Shown: piece by piece, positions 10,613-22,522 of the stretch
Layout of the letters: each line of letters opens with the position of its first letter
How positions within the stretch are numbered: the first letter of the stretch is position 1
NCBI GenBank assembly: GCA_001600815.1
Contig: BCKZ01000011.1
Location: 351,622 to 415,621, forward strand
DNA: 64,000 nucleotides
Direction: 5' to 3'
Origin: Alloascoidea hylecoeti
Taxonomy: Eukaryota
Program-made: the position numbers and the translations under genes
Notes under the pieces: model-generated
Database searches by the model: none
Seen by the model: the letters and a program-made list of their open reading frames with translations, nothing else
Told to the model about the DNA's origin: nothing

Positions 10613-11941
10613 ATGATAGCACCAAACTTCATTTTATTTGTATCATTATTATCCCACATTGTTCACGGATTTCCATCGGCACATTTGGATGATAATGATT
10701 TAATTTGTCCCGATGGTGATTATTCTAATTTATCATTATGTTATCCTAGAATATTAGTGCCAAGTAATGAATGGCAGGTTGTCAAAGAAGGACAAGAAAT
10801 TCCAGCTGGGCTGCATATAAGAATGGATTTTGAGACTGGATTAAAAGAAGTAAAGCTATTAGAAGATGAAGCGGATGAAGATAATAATTCGTTAGTTATT
10901 ACTGAAGATGAACAAGTTAAAGATCTTATTGGTGGAGAAATTATTGATAGATCAGAAGAATATCAATTATACCATTTAAATGGGGATAACAAAGTAGTTG
11001 AACCGAAAACGGAGAGACAATTTTTTGACTTTGGTATTAAACTATTATCATTTGTTTCAAAAGATACAAAGTTATCCATTGATTCATCAAATAATCTCTT
11101 TATTAATGATTTAATTAAAGCTTTGATCAATTTAGATGATCTATCCCATGATTTAGATTATGGTTTTCAATTATCAAATCCTGAATACCTTGAAAGATTA
11201 TTACAAATAATTGAAAATGAATCATCAAATAATGTTAAATCAACTATAAAAATTAAAGAATTATCTTTAAGAATAATTGGTGCAAGTTTAAGAAATAATC
11301 CAAAAGCTTTAAAAATTTCTTCAGTTTTAAAACCTGTTAAAAGAATCATTGATTTAATAAAAACCGAAGAAAATGAAATTTTAAAATCAAGGCTTATTTA
11401 TGCTCTATCATCTGCTATTCAAGGACCAAATGGTATTAATGAATATATTGATGGAAATGGTAGTAAAACGATGGTAGTTTTCTTTAATTTATCAAATGAA
11501 ATAAATAAAATTAAATGTTTTCATTTTATTTATGATTTATATGAATTATTATACCAAGAAAAGTTAACTTCTGATGATGGTGCTTTAATTAATAATAAAA
11601 AATCAAAATCATTACAGGATAATTGGGAGGAGTCAGAGGCTAATGTTTGGTCAATAATACTGCAGGATTATCTCGTTTCCAATACAATTACACATGTTGA
11701 AGATAAGCGAGAGATTTTAGAATTTTTAACGGTTTTAAAAAAGAGATATGATATAATAATCGGCAAAAGATTTAAAGAATGGTTAAGTGATGAAACTGAA
11801 AAGCGTTCACAAAAAGTTATCAAACGAGATATTGAAATTGACGAAAGTGAGGCAGGGTTTAATGAAAAACTACTCGAGGCCAGACATTTGGTATTTGGTA
11901 ACAGAAATGCAATGAGAAAGGCATTAGCTGATGAACTTTAA
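10613..11941 (+). CDS. SIL1: ER nucleotide exchange factor for Kar2/BiP
   Basis: Signal peptide, CYPR..VP.NEWQ.V.EGQEIPAGLHIRMDFETG.KE.KL motif, C-terminal FGN..AMRKALADEL retention signal. Confidence 0.92.
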   Translation: MIAPNFILFVSLLSHIVHGFPSAHLDDNDLICPDGDYSNLSLCYPRILVPSNEWQVVKEGQEIPAGLHIRMDFETGLKEVKLLEDEADEDNNSLVITEDEQVKDLIGGEIIDRSEEYQLYHLNGDNKVVEPKTERQFFDFGIKLLSFVSKDTKLSIDSSNNLFINDLIKALINLDDLSHDLDYGFQLSNPEYLERLLQIIENESSNNVKSTIKIKELSLRIIGASLRNNPKALKISSVLKPVKRIIDLIKTEENEILKSRLIYALSSAIQGPNGINEYIDGNGSKTMVVFFNLSNEINKIKCFHFIYDLYELLYQEKLTSDDGALINNKKSKSLQDNWEESEANVWSIILQDYLVSNTITHVEDKREILEFLTVLKKRYDIIIGKRFKEWLSDETEKRSQKVIKRDIEIDESEAGFNEKLLEARHLVFGNRNAMRKALADEL

Positions 11942-12251
11942 AAATAAAATTTTGAATATAAAATTACACTTGGTATTTAACACGTTGCGATCTTTGATAT
12001 TAGATTTACGTTGATATTTTGATATCGTTTGGCGACATTCTGACTTAGAGCTTGAGGATCCATTTTAAAAGGAAACTTAATTACACACAAGCTTATATGA
12101 ACACACACACTATATAGATATCTAGCCTATAAGTATTAGTTATACCTATAAGATCTTATATATGATAAGGTTTTAATAGATTGATTTATTATAAGTTATA
12201 TAATATATTTAATTGTATAACTATATCGATTGAATTCCTTATTTCAATTCT

Positions 12252-12737
12252 TCACAAATTTTCAATAGGAATTTTTCTCTTTGGAGCAGAAGATTCCGGA
12301 GTTTTTGGAAGAGTTAATTCTAAAACGCCGTTGTTATATTTTGCTTTAATTTTTTCCTCGTCAATCTTAATGTTCCTTGAAAGTTGTACTGTTCTCTTAA
12401 AATGTCCAGCGCTCCTCTCCTTAATGTATAATTCCTTTTTCTTCTCTTCATTCGATGTTTGTGTTTCTCCGCTAATTGTTACTTGGTTTGTTTTTGGATC
12501 AAAATCAATGCTAATATCCTTTTGATCTGTGCCTGGAATAGAGGCATGTACCTCTATTTGCTTTTCTTCATCATAAACATCAATAGCAGGTGCAAATAGT
12601 GAAGATTTGTTAGGGAGAATGGTAACTGACTTTGCATCCCTAGGAACTCCATGCTGTTCCAAATGTTTGTTTAAAGAGTCAACTTGATCTGTAACGGTAT
12701 CAAGAAAGTCCCAGAATGGCGAGTAGATAAGTGACAT
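12252..12737 (-). CDS. Small heat-shock protein (HSP20/alpha-crystallin)
   Basis: PAIDVYD, ERSAGHFKRTVQL, AKYNNGVLELTLPK and C-terminal IPI motif. Confidence 0.95.
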   Translation of the reverse strand: MSLIYSPFWDFLDTVTDQVDSLNKHLEQHGVPRDAKSVTILPNKSSLFAPAIDVYDEEKQIEVHASIPGTDQKDISIDFDPKTNQVTISGETQTSNEEKKKELYIKERSAGHFKRTVQLSRNIKIDEEKIKAKYNNGVLELTLPKTPESSAPKRKIPIENL

Positions 12738-12981
12738 TTCTTTTAAATTTGTAATTAGTAGTTGGGTACGTACGCTGAAACGATTTGCAATTAACTTTTG
12801 CTTGATGATAAATATCGACTACAATCTTGCTATAGGGGAGAAGTCTCATTTAAATACTTTTTGAAACTATATTAATCTGTTTTAACCTGATTTAAGTTAA
12901 TTGGGTGAAAAATGAAAATATGTAACATAGAACTTTCTAGGCGAAAATTGTCCTCTCTACTGGAACATCAAAATTTTCTCT

Positions 12982-12996
12982 AGAACCTTCAAGAAA
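12982..12996. promoter_or_regulatory. Heat shock element (three inverted nGAAn units)
   Basis: aGAAc-cTTCa-aGAAa about 250 bp upstream of the sHSP ATG; a second GAAnnTTC at 12930-12937. Confidence 0.75.
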
Positions 12997-14450
12997 AATA
13001 ATACTATTAATATAACTTATTATTATAAAATAACAATATATTTACTATATAGCTATTGACAAGTCAGTATCTGATTGGTTATTGTTCTATAAAATTGATG
13101 AGGGAGAATTTTCAAATCTTTAATAAAACAGCAGCAAGTTATAGGCGCTTGGTCCAGAATTCTGTCTGCAGATTAAATGTTCGACCATTACTAATCAGTC
13201 AAATTGCACCAGCTCCAGTTTTTGATGAAGTATAAGAGACACACACTTTAAGGGAATGACTCAAATTATGGGTTATTAGCAAAAGGAAGAAGATCAGAAA
13301 ATAAATAAAATAAGTAGTAAGTTTTAAGAAAGTTAACAAAGTGAAAGGTTTTATTAAAAAACCACAATGAGAACAATATAAAAGAAGGTTAAAATTAAAA
13401 TTAAATCTCGGAACGACACAATCGGTAACTTTCGAACCGAAGAAATCAATTTGATAACACATATCTTTCTTGGGTACACCATATTGGGTATTAAACTTAA
13501 CTTAGCTATATCTTAAATATAAAGCTGCCTATTAATTGCAGTTGTTGTATTGATCATCAGGTGAATCGTCGGTAATTAGTCTATATAGTCCTATGAACAA
13601 GTTAGTTTCACAAATGTTCTCTTTTTAAAATGTAAAAATGGTACTGAAAAATCGAAATTTATAAAATCAGAAATATTATTTTTTCAAATCACTTTTAAAT
13701 CAGGTAATGTAGATAAGGTTATAATGTTTTTCATCATTTGTTTATATCGAAAAATTCAAAATACAATTTGTACCAATAAAAACTGTGTACTTACATTGTA
13801 TTTGCTAATATGAATGAGTGAAGTTTTTGTTTTTGCCAGTTGTTTATATAGTGGTAAATATTGGAACTGTGAATATTCAATACTGCCCTCATTGTAGGGT
13901 TAATACCAAATTTGTGATGATCAGAGATAAATACCAACATTAGTACTGCTTATCTTGAAGAGAAAGTCATAGATTGATTAAAGCTAACTGTGCAGTTGTT
14001 GCTCATTATCTGTGGAATTTTTTTTTTCAAACTAGTATATGTCTCCTTTTGGGTATAACTAATAACTATTAGAACCCGAGTCCGGAACTTGATAATAAAC
14101 AGGATATACGTTAGCGTATTTTCCCGAACCATAGCATAGCAATAATAATACAATATTTATTCTCGTTCAATTTTTGTTCCTGGACTTAAACTTATATCAA
14201 ATATATATTATCCATTGCTGACGCTATATCAGGTCTGAACCGGGACATTCTTTCACATACGAAGTGTATCGAAGATAAGAAGGAAAACTAGAGAAATAAT
14301 AGAATCAAAAATTTTCATCATCACAAAAGCTTTACTTTAGAGCTGTTAAACATTATTCGAAATATCTGCCCTGTCAAGGATGAGCTCTTTCAATATACCT
14401 AATTATTATAATCATAAAACATTCACTTGAAGACTCGACACATCTGATCA

Positions 14451-14532
14451 AATTATTATGGCCCACTGGAATATCTCCACATCGATGTCACCGACAAGTT
14501 ATGCGGAGACAATCTTGAAAATGAACATAACT
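14451..14532 (+). mobile_element. Possible Ty1/copia integrase remnant
   Basis: Short frame reads GPLEYLHIDV, resembling the start of the copia integrase core (PLE.lHsD); surrounding frame is broken. Confidence 0.25.
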
Positions 14533-15320
14533 AAGGGTATCAGTTCAGTTTATAATGGAACTAATTGGCTGATAAGCTACATTTCTTTCTACATTCCCCC
14601 GATATGCGTATGTTTTATGACAGGTTCAATTCGGACCATTCGGTTATTCAATTTATTTCACTAACGTTATAAATATGCTTAGATTCTACTTGCTTATATT
14701 ATTGCTTCCCCAGTAATTTTATTTTTGTTATATGATATCACGATATATCTTATTAGAAATCTCTTTTTATTCATAGTTAAACAAATCCGCTCAATTAAAT
14801 CTTTCACTACACCAAAACTAAAGAAGAAACAGAGTTAATTTCTTCTTTTTTTAATATTATACTGCTCCCCATTGTCTATTTTTATTCTGTGAATTTTTTT
14901 GATTTTTTTGATTCTCTTGATTTTTTTATCATTTTCGAAGAAATGTGATATCGATGGTTTTTTAATTTTGTGTTTTATTATTTTATCGGAACATAATTAT
15001 AATAATGACTACTAATGTTTTTTTCTCTCTTATATATTAACGTTACATATTCTTAATTCTGAATATTAGAAACAACAATCATTCTCTTAGTCTTTGTATT
15101 TTGTATTTGTTCAGCGAATATTTACCGCAAAACTTCCCATACAAGTAGTGATATCAGCCCTAATAATCACTTATGTTTGTACTGAAAGCTTTCCACCAGC
15201 ATAATTAATGATATATTACGCTTGTCGGTATTTAGGTGCCCCAATAATACTCTATAGATAATACTGATTCTCATTTGGTAAATAAATAAATTTCTCTAAC
15301 CTATAGATTGAGATGCAAAG

Positions 15321-15455
15321 ATACACTTGATTTAGTCCGTTCTGAATATTAATTATTGGCCACTACCATATCTAATTTTGGGCCGCGTTTGGTACCTGAA
15401 GTTGTTCCATATTCCCACATATTAACGGGTCGGTGAACAGTGCGGCCTATAATTA
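15321..15455 (+). repeat. Diverged dispersed repeat, inverted copy at 31566-31700
   Basis: Manual alignment of the reverse complement shows collinear blocks (GGCCGCA, ATATG.A.CAACTT..GGT.CCAAA, ATAATTA.TATTC, GG.CTAAAT.AAGT.T). Confidence 0.55.
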
Positions 15456-17186
15456 GCTCAGGAGATGACTAATATTTAGTAGTCAGAAAAGCCGCAATTA
15501 AGTGAACTAATTGTGTAAGAAATCAAGTGAATAAAACTAAACTAAACTAATTTTAAAATCCGTGCTTCCAAGATCAAACTTTTGTTGGAGAATAGCAGTT
15601 ATTGTAATGGGGTCTTCGTGATATTTCCTATCTCACGTTGTTAGTGCAAGAATTGTTGAAAGACAAGGGTGAAGGAAATTAGCTGGAGATTTAGTAGTTC
15701 AGGACATTCAAGCTAATTATAAGTGAATGCTGGATATTGATATCATGGATTGCTCCGCAACTGTATTATGTGGGTTCTTCCCGAAAGTATATTGTGCGGT
15801 ACAATTTGGGATTGGTTTGGCTAATACGACACCGGGTAGGCTTTCCAAATGTATCTTTTCTATATTTTTGTAGGTAGTACATGTATAGTGAAGAGTATGT
15901 TTTTGGTGTCAATTGTATCCACGACTTTGTTGGGTTTCATTTGTTGACAAAATTGGTCGCTGAGAGAAGCATTGTACCTTTATCTTGCCGTTATTATTCA
16001 AATTGAATTTGCATTTTTTCCATGTGGTTTGGGCCTTTCAGGATGGTTTAAACGCTAGAGGTTGCATTGATGGGGGAATGCTTAAGTTGTGGGTCATTAT
16101 TCCTTTTAGGTTTTCTAGGTTTCTCTTGATTAACTGTTATTATCAGATAAATCAGTCCAAGGTGCAGCCGACAGGGATTTTAAAACAACGTCGAGAGTTG
16201 CAGCTATAGAAAAACAACCAGTTAGAATTCTACTGTCACACCCCTATCAATTTTGAACTATTTGTCACATCAAGTCCAACTTTATAATATTTTACTGCTA
16301 TTGGAATTGTATGAGTCGTTGTTAAAATTATGCCATAAAATTCTTTTTCAATTAACAACTAATATTGCAACTATATTATTCGATTTCTATTCTCAGACTT
16401 AAAGCTACAGTAAGTGTTATATACAATTGCAACCATACTATTCTTGCAGCATGTAAGTTTATAAACGAGACAAATTGCGAGATCCAATTATAAAGAAGCT
16501 AATTATAATTTATAACTGATAATAATTCTTTTTCTTTTTCTTTTTTCTATCCCTTAAAGATGCGGAAAGTTATAATTGCCCTATAGGATTTTAATTTATT
16601 TTTGAGCTTCGGAACCAGGCTTCAGGGTTGAAAGGGTACACATACAACTAGTGCCCGGGCCCTAGCACTATAAAATCTAGACATTATGTGTAGCCTATAT
16701 ACTGATGTGTTTCGTAATTCTTTGTATACTAATATGACCGTTACCCCGTAATATTGAAATGTCCTAACTTCTAAGACCCCCAACCACGGCCGAGGTAAAT
16801 TTTTATCTTGACCAATTAAAGAGCTGATGTCAAGCAATTATATTCCATTTATCGTTAGTACCTCATATAATCAAATGGGGAAGTTGCATATGTAAAAACA
16901 CAAACTTACGATTTATACCGCATATGTGTAAACCATGAACCATGGTGGCTGATAAAACCATTTAGAGCTACAAATATAACTCTAAAAGTGTATGCATAGA
17001 GTAATATTGATTTTTATGAAACCATGGTAAATATTATAAAAGTGTTTAGGACTACTAATACAGTTTTAAGAGTATAAGCTTATAGTATATAATAATAATT
17101 TGTCTTATGAGTATGAATTGAGCTGTGTCTTCAAAAGTAGAAACCAGAGAACACATTTTCAAGAAATGTAGCTATATAATCAAAAA

Positions 17187-17227
17187 AAAGAAAGAAGAAA
17201 GAAAGAAGAAAGAAAGAAGAAAGAAAG
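17187..17227 (+). repeat. Purine minisatellite (AAAGAAAGAAG)n
   Basis: About 3.7 copies of an 11-bp unit. Confidence 0.8.
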
Positions 17228-17601
17228 ATATCTGAAAACTTCACGGTAAAAATTAAATGATCTGCGTTACAACAAAAACTCCAAGAGAAATCATAAACAA
17301 CATCGGTGAAGCAATTGGAAATATGAGGCACAAAGGAAGATTTGGAACAATGGCATTAAGTATAACAACAAAGCAATTTAACTGATCGACCTAGAAGATG
17401 GAATAGATTAGACAAACCCCAAAAAATCAGATTTAGTAGTCCATCTTAAATAGTTATACTTATAATATATAGCTGCGTATGGAGCAAGAAAAAGAATTGA
17501 TCTATTAAAATTTTAGTTGTATAATAGTTTTTTTGTATATGGTATATCCATGTATGTAGATGGGTTATACCCAAATTGTCACTTTATAACTTTGAAGTTA
17601 A

Positions 17602-17640
17602 TTTTTTCAATTGATAATCAGATTTATCTGATTGAAAAAA
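17602..17640. promoter_or_regulatory. Iron-responsive GATA repressor site (ATCWGATAA) in the FTR1 promoter
   Basis: TTATCTGAT at 17624-17632 (reverse complement ATCAGATAA) with an adjacent GATAA, inside an imperfect palindrome; second ATCAGATAA at 16142-16150. Confidence 0.6.
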
Positions 17641-17881
17641 GTTATCCACTTGATTCATTTTTTTCGTTTTCATTATACAATATATCCTAAACTATAAACC
17701 ATGCAAGACATACCAGTATTATGACATAATAACATTGCTTTTGAAATTATTATGCATAAACTATAAGTTATATATTAACTTTATCGCATCATTTTTTTTT
17801 TTTCTTCTCTTCTATATATTTTGATCTTTTCTACTTTTAATTTGATTATAGGAAATTTTTTATTAATTATAAAATACTAAA

Positions 17882-19072
17882 ATGGTTAACGTTTTTTCTC
17901 CAACAATCTTTTTCATCGTTTTTCGTGAAGCATTAGAGGCTGGTATTGTTATAGCAGTCCTTCTAGCATTTTTAAAGAAAGGCATTGGTAGTTCAGCAGA
18001 GGACCCAAAAATTTATAAGAACTTAAAAATACAGGTATGGCTAGGGGCTGGATTAGGACTACTTATTTGTGGTATTATCGGTGGAACTTTTATTGGTCTG
18101 TTTTACAAGTTTGGAAAGGATTTATGGAGTAAATCAGAAGATTTATGGGAGGGTATATTTTGTCTTATTGCAACGATCTTAATCAGTTTTATGGGTTTAA
18201 CAATGTTGAGAATTAATAAAATGAAAGAGAAATGGAGAGTAAAATTAGCAAAGTCGTTATTAGACAATGAGGAATCAAAAGGTAAGAAGAAAGGGTTTGG
18301 ACAATTTACAACAAAATATGCAATGTTTATTCTACCTTTTGTAACGACTTTAAGAGAAGGAATGGAATGTGTTGTGTTTGTTGGTGGTGTTGGTTTAGAC
18401 ACACCTGCTAGTGCTTTCCCAATTCCTGTTATTTGTGGACTTATTGCTGGAATTGCTATTGGATGGCTTTTATATTATGGTGGATCAAATTCTTCAATGA
18501 AATTATTTTTAATTTTTTCAACAGCTGTCTTATATTTAATCTCAGCAGGATTATTATCAAGGGGAGTATGGTTCTTTGAAAATTATGTTTACAGTCAAAA
18601 AACTGGGGGTGATGCCGCAGAAACGGGCTCTGGTAATGGTTCTTATGATCTTTCAAATTCTGTCTGGCATGTTAATTGTTGTAATCCATTGATTGATAAT
18701 GGCTGGGATGTTTTTAACGCTTTACTTGGATGGCAAAATAGTGCAACATATGGTTCTGTCATAAGTTATAATTTATATTGGTTGGTACTAATTCTTATTA
18801 TCGGTGCAATGACATATCAAGAAAAGAAAGGTCATCTTCCTTTCCTAAAGAATTCTAATTTCAAAGGCATCAATTTGAAACCATGGAAGAAGAGAGATAA
18901 TATGACAGACAAAGATAAGAGAGAATTATTACGAAGAATAGAAGGAGGTCGCAATAAGAGTGGACTCAGCGCATCCAACTCAAATTCAGAAACAGAGGGC
19001 CATGAACTTAGGAAAATTCCGTCGTCACGGGTGTGTGCCATAGAAGCTGATACTCCACACGTATCACAATAA
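17882..19072 (+). CDS. FTR1: High-affinity iron permease
   Basis: Two RExxE motifs (FREALE, LREGME), multiple TM segments, WHVNCCNP and GWQNSATYGS. Confidence 0.95.
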   Translation: MVNVFSPTIFFIVFREALEAGIVIAVLLAFLKKGIGSSAEDPKIYKNLKIQVWLGAGLGLLICGIIGGTFIGLFYKFGKDLWSKSEDLWEGIFCLIATILISFMGLTMLRINKMKEKWRVKLAKSLLDNEESKGKKKGFGQFTTKYAMFILPFVTTLREGMECVVFVGGVGLDTPASAFPIPVICGLIAGIAIGWLLYYGGSNSSMKLFLIFSTAVLYLISAGLLSRGVWFFENYVYSQKTGGDAAETGSGNGSYDLSNSVWHVNCCNPLIDNGWDVFNALLGWQNSATYGSVISYNLYWLVLILIIGAMTYQEKKGHLPFLKNSNFKGINLKPWKKRDNMTDKDKRELLRRIEGGRNKSGLSASNSNSETEGHELRKIPSSRVCAIEADTPHVSQ

Positions 19073-19405
19073 GCGTCTAGCTAAGTATAATAACGTTAAT
19101 TTTCAAATTTAGTGGTTACAAATAATTATCTTTAATATTAATGAATTGAATGTTTTTCTTCTCTCTCGTTATTATACGTTATAGCCTCCTTCGTAAAATT
19201 AATCAATGCTATTGCTTTTAAATTTTAAATTTACTTTTAAATATAGGTTGCGTGAGTCAAAGCTTTGGACCAAATATTACCTTTTTTAATATTACAGTAA
19301 TTAATTAATCTAAATGTATCCTTCTTTTAATAAAGATTAAATTGAAGTTAAGGTTCAACAACATGAAAGCAAATATTTTCCTTAGGGATGCAAACAAATT
19401 GCAAG

Positions 19406-19663
19406 TACAATATCTTGATTGCTTATATATTGAATAGAATACACATTAAATATAAATTAAGCTCTACTCTTATTATTATTTATTATCCATAAAAGACCTT
19501 ATATTTTGAAAAAAAATTTATCGTTGTTGTTGCTACTGCTGTTTTTAACTATATTCTTGAATATATCACCTAATTAAGATAATTTTTTCATTATATATAA
19601 GCCTAGAGTTTTTAGTTATAATATTATCTATCTAATACATGTATAAGCAATCAAGATATTGTA
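19406..19663. repeat. MITE-like element: 22-bp perfect inverted repeats around an AT-rich core
   Basis: TACAATATCTTGATTGCTTATA at 19406-19427 and its reverse complement at 19642-19663. Confidence 0.55.
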
Positions 19664-21033
19664 ATTTTGTTTGGCAGTTGCAATTAGAATGATACAGCAC
19701 TGCAGGTTCCACTTTAAGTAATCTCCCAGTTTCAATTATATACGAGATTTATTCTTAAGGAGTGCTTATATTTGAGTTAGATAACTCCCAAGCTTCAATT
19801 GCACAATTAGGATCAAAAGTTGGAGCCAATGAAAGTCCGATCAAAATGATCCCCTCATCGGGGATCAGTCCAGATCCAAAACTAATGAAGCATAATTCAT
19901 ATTAATATTCATATATTTTATTACATTCTCATATATCATATAACTGATATATTTATCATTTTTGCATTAATTTTAATATTTTTTCTATAGTTCATTCATA
20001 TAATAAAAATTGTATATTATGCTTTCAATCATGTTTGTTCACCATGTTGCAACTCTAAATTAGGATTTTGTAATTGACACTCCATAATATCCACCTTGAG
20101 CAGACGGTGCAAAAACATATATACTTCTCGTATCCATAATTACTAGAAGGTTGGCATTCGATTAAAAAAAATAATTATGATTTGTTTGATTCATTTGATT
20201 AATTTCGGCGTTACGACCATATTGCATATTAGTATGCATATGCTAATCTACAAACATGAAAACGTTTGAGCTGATATATTACATTTTTCCATAGTTCATG
20301 GATTGATATTTGTTAATGTATCAAACACAATGTTGAAAAAATACTCTTATATGGCTGTAAAATCGTAAGTCATATAACTGTAAAACCTGGTTCGATCCCG
20401 ACTGCTGATGCTTTGAGTATCCTACGTATATTCGAGTCTGTGCTGTAGATTACGCATCTACTTTATATAGCATATTATATTGTCTTTTCAATAAAACATC
20501 TAGATTTTATAAGCTGTATTATGCAAACATTATTGTGTTACCTTGTGTTACAATATTTACGTCTCGTCCTCAGTGTGTCACAACAGTTCAGTATTCCTTT
20601 GAAGCTAACTATAATACAATTTATTCTAAAAGATATATCAAAAATACACTGTTAACCTAGAAAAAGGGCTGACTCAACCACAAAAAAGGAACTGGAAGAG
20701 AAAAAAGGAAAAAGAAGCTACCAGTAGCTACCAGAGACCCCAACCTGGCACGAGCAGCAACAAATGTTACAAGCACAGACACAATACAAACACAAAAAAT
20801 AACCGGGAATTAGAATCCGAAGGAATAGACTTCTTGCCGAAACATACATTTATATGCCATCTAATTGACTAATACTGGCGTGCTCATTCTTTTAGTATGA
20901 TTCTTCCAGCATATGCATTGCTTGTGAGATCTTCAAGACGTTTAAGAAGATTGTTACAGCCAGGTAAAACCAAAAGAGACGAAGATATTTTGGATACCAC
21001 CCCAAAGGAAATGGTGACAGTATAGCCAGCTGC

Positions 21034-21176
21034 TAAATACCCTACAAAGCCTTACTATTCTTAAAATAGTGCACAATGTCCCGTAAATTCTAGAGAATAT
21101 ATTCACGTCACTCATATAAAATGACATTTTAAGTTTAACATTTAGTGTTGGCGCTCTTAAACCTATAAACGGCTGT
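21034..21176 (+). repeat. Fragment of a second repeat family nested in the Tc1 element; homologous to 63810-63945
   Basis: Shared TAAATAC.CTACAA.GCCTTA...TTCTTAAA.TAGT.CA.AATGT.CCGTA and AAATGACATTT...ATTTAGTGTTGGCG..CTTAA...TATAAACGG. Confidence 0.75.
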
Positions 21177-21683
21177 CTCTCGAATCTCCACCATGAATGA
21201 TATTAATTAATAATGGTATCCGGATCCCCGAGGTCCCAACATTTTGAAAAAAACTCAAATGATGGATTTCTCTTCACTTATACATCATGGGAGGGCTCAT
21301 AATCTTAATCCCAGCCTGGTGATGACTTTTCTTGAGGGGATGCCCTATGCATTCAGGTCCAGTGAGAAATGCACTCCTTCTCACAAATTCTTCTGGAAGT
21401 CTTATGTAGGAACGTGAAGAACCCCATTTTTTTTTGAGGATGACCAACCAGTCTATAAGTAAAGCATCACCTACTTTCCAAACTTCGGTCCATACCATAA
21501 GTCTCATACTCAGACTTCCTAATACTATAAATGTTTTAGTGTTTTGAAGTTCAAAGGCTTGGCCTAACTTTTGATGAGCATATGCTATACTTTCTCGGTT
21601 CTGGATCTTGTAACGACCAAACATTAGTTCTTAAATACAAAACCATCCCTAACAGCCTAAAATCACTCCAATATATATTTATA

Positions 21684-22106
21684 TCAAATCTTTTCGCTCC
21701 TTTGATTCTTTCTATTCAGAAAAAACCTTTCACGTGTTCCATATCCATGTTTTTTCAGAAGGTTATTTAGGGTAGGCTTTGATATTTTAATGTTGAACTT
21801 TAAGGTCAATTCATCAAACGTATCCGAAGGGTTAGCTTTTACAACACTCAAAATTTGATCCACTGCCCTTTCAGACAGTTTAAAAGGCTTTCTAATTCGA
21901 GGAGGTGTTATACCAGAAGAGTTATCGACATATTTCTTAACAGTGAACCGCACAGTTGAAGGTGCAACATTAAGTCTTCTACCTATTTCGGAAAATGAGA
22001 CACCATGTTTATGCAGATTACAGATCTCTATCCGCTGAGCTGGTTGCAACTGCCTTTTAGAATTATTGTTATCTGAAGTCTCCCTTAATGGAATTTTAGA
22101 TGTCAT
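21684..22106 (-). CDS. Tc1-like transposase N-terminal helix-turn-helix fragment (140 aa)
   Basis: GVSFSEIGRRLNVAPSTVRFTVKKY...RKPFKLSER...ISKPTLNNLLKKHGY. Confidence 0.7.
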   Translation of the reverse strand: MTSKIPLRETSDNNNSKRQLQPAQRIEICNLHKHGVSFSEIGRRLNVAPSTVRFTVKKYVDNSSGITPPRIRKPFKLSERAVDQILSVVKANPSDTFDELTLKFNIKISKPTLNNLLKKHGYGTRERFFLNRKNQRSEKI

Positions 22107-22522
22107 TTTATGGTGTATTAAAAAGAAGGGTTCTGTAAAAGATTAGCCACTTTAATCTTTACCCGGCTGTACAATTGTACAAATCAAATATGTTGAAACA
22201 ATAAGAAATATATTTTATTGACATAATAAAAAAACATAATAGTTGCTATAAAAAAAATAAAACAACCATAAATGTGGTAGATAGTGCCATTTAAGGCATA
22301 TAATATAATTAACTAGAAGCTTATAATTCTGATTATAATATAATGCTACTTTAATTACACAATATTCGTAAGTTATTGAACAAACTACAGATAAAGGTCA
22401 CAATATATTAGTACAAGATTAGTAAATAATGTAGAATACATATAAATATATCAATAAAAATGTTAAGAATGTAAAAAAGAAATGTTATTCTGATTTATGA
22501 TCATCAATATCAATATTAATGA

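Larger units (their letters stand above)
20957..22169 (-). mobile_element. Degenerate Tc1/mariner DNA transposon (about 1.2 kb)
   Basis: TA-flanked TIRs CAGCCAGGTAAA.. (20957) and CAGCCGGGTAAA.. (22169, minus), 19/27 identical; HTH ORF; broken DDE region (LMVW...) and terminal GWYPKY at 20985-21002. Confidence 0.8.

Noticed and set aside
20389..20399. GGTTCGATCCC B-box-like motif
   Set aside because: No acceptor stem or cloverleaf can be built around it
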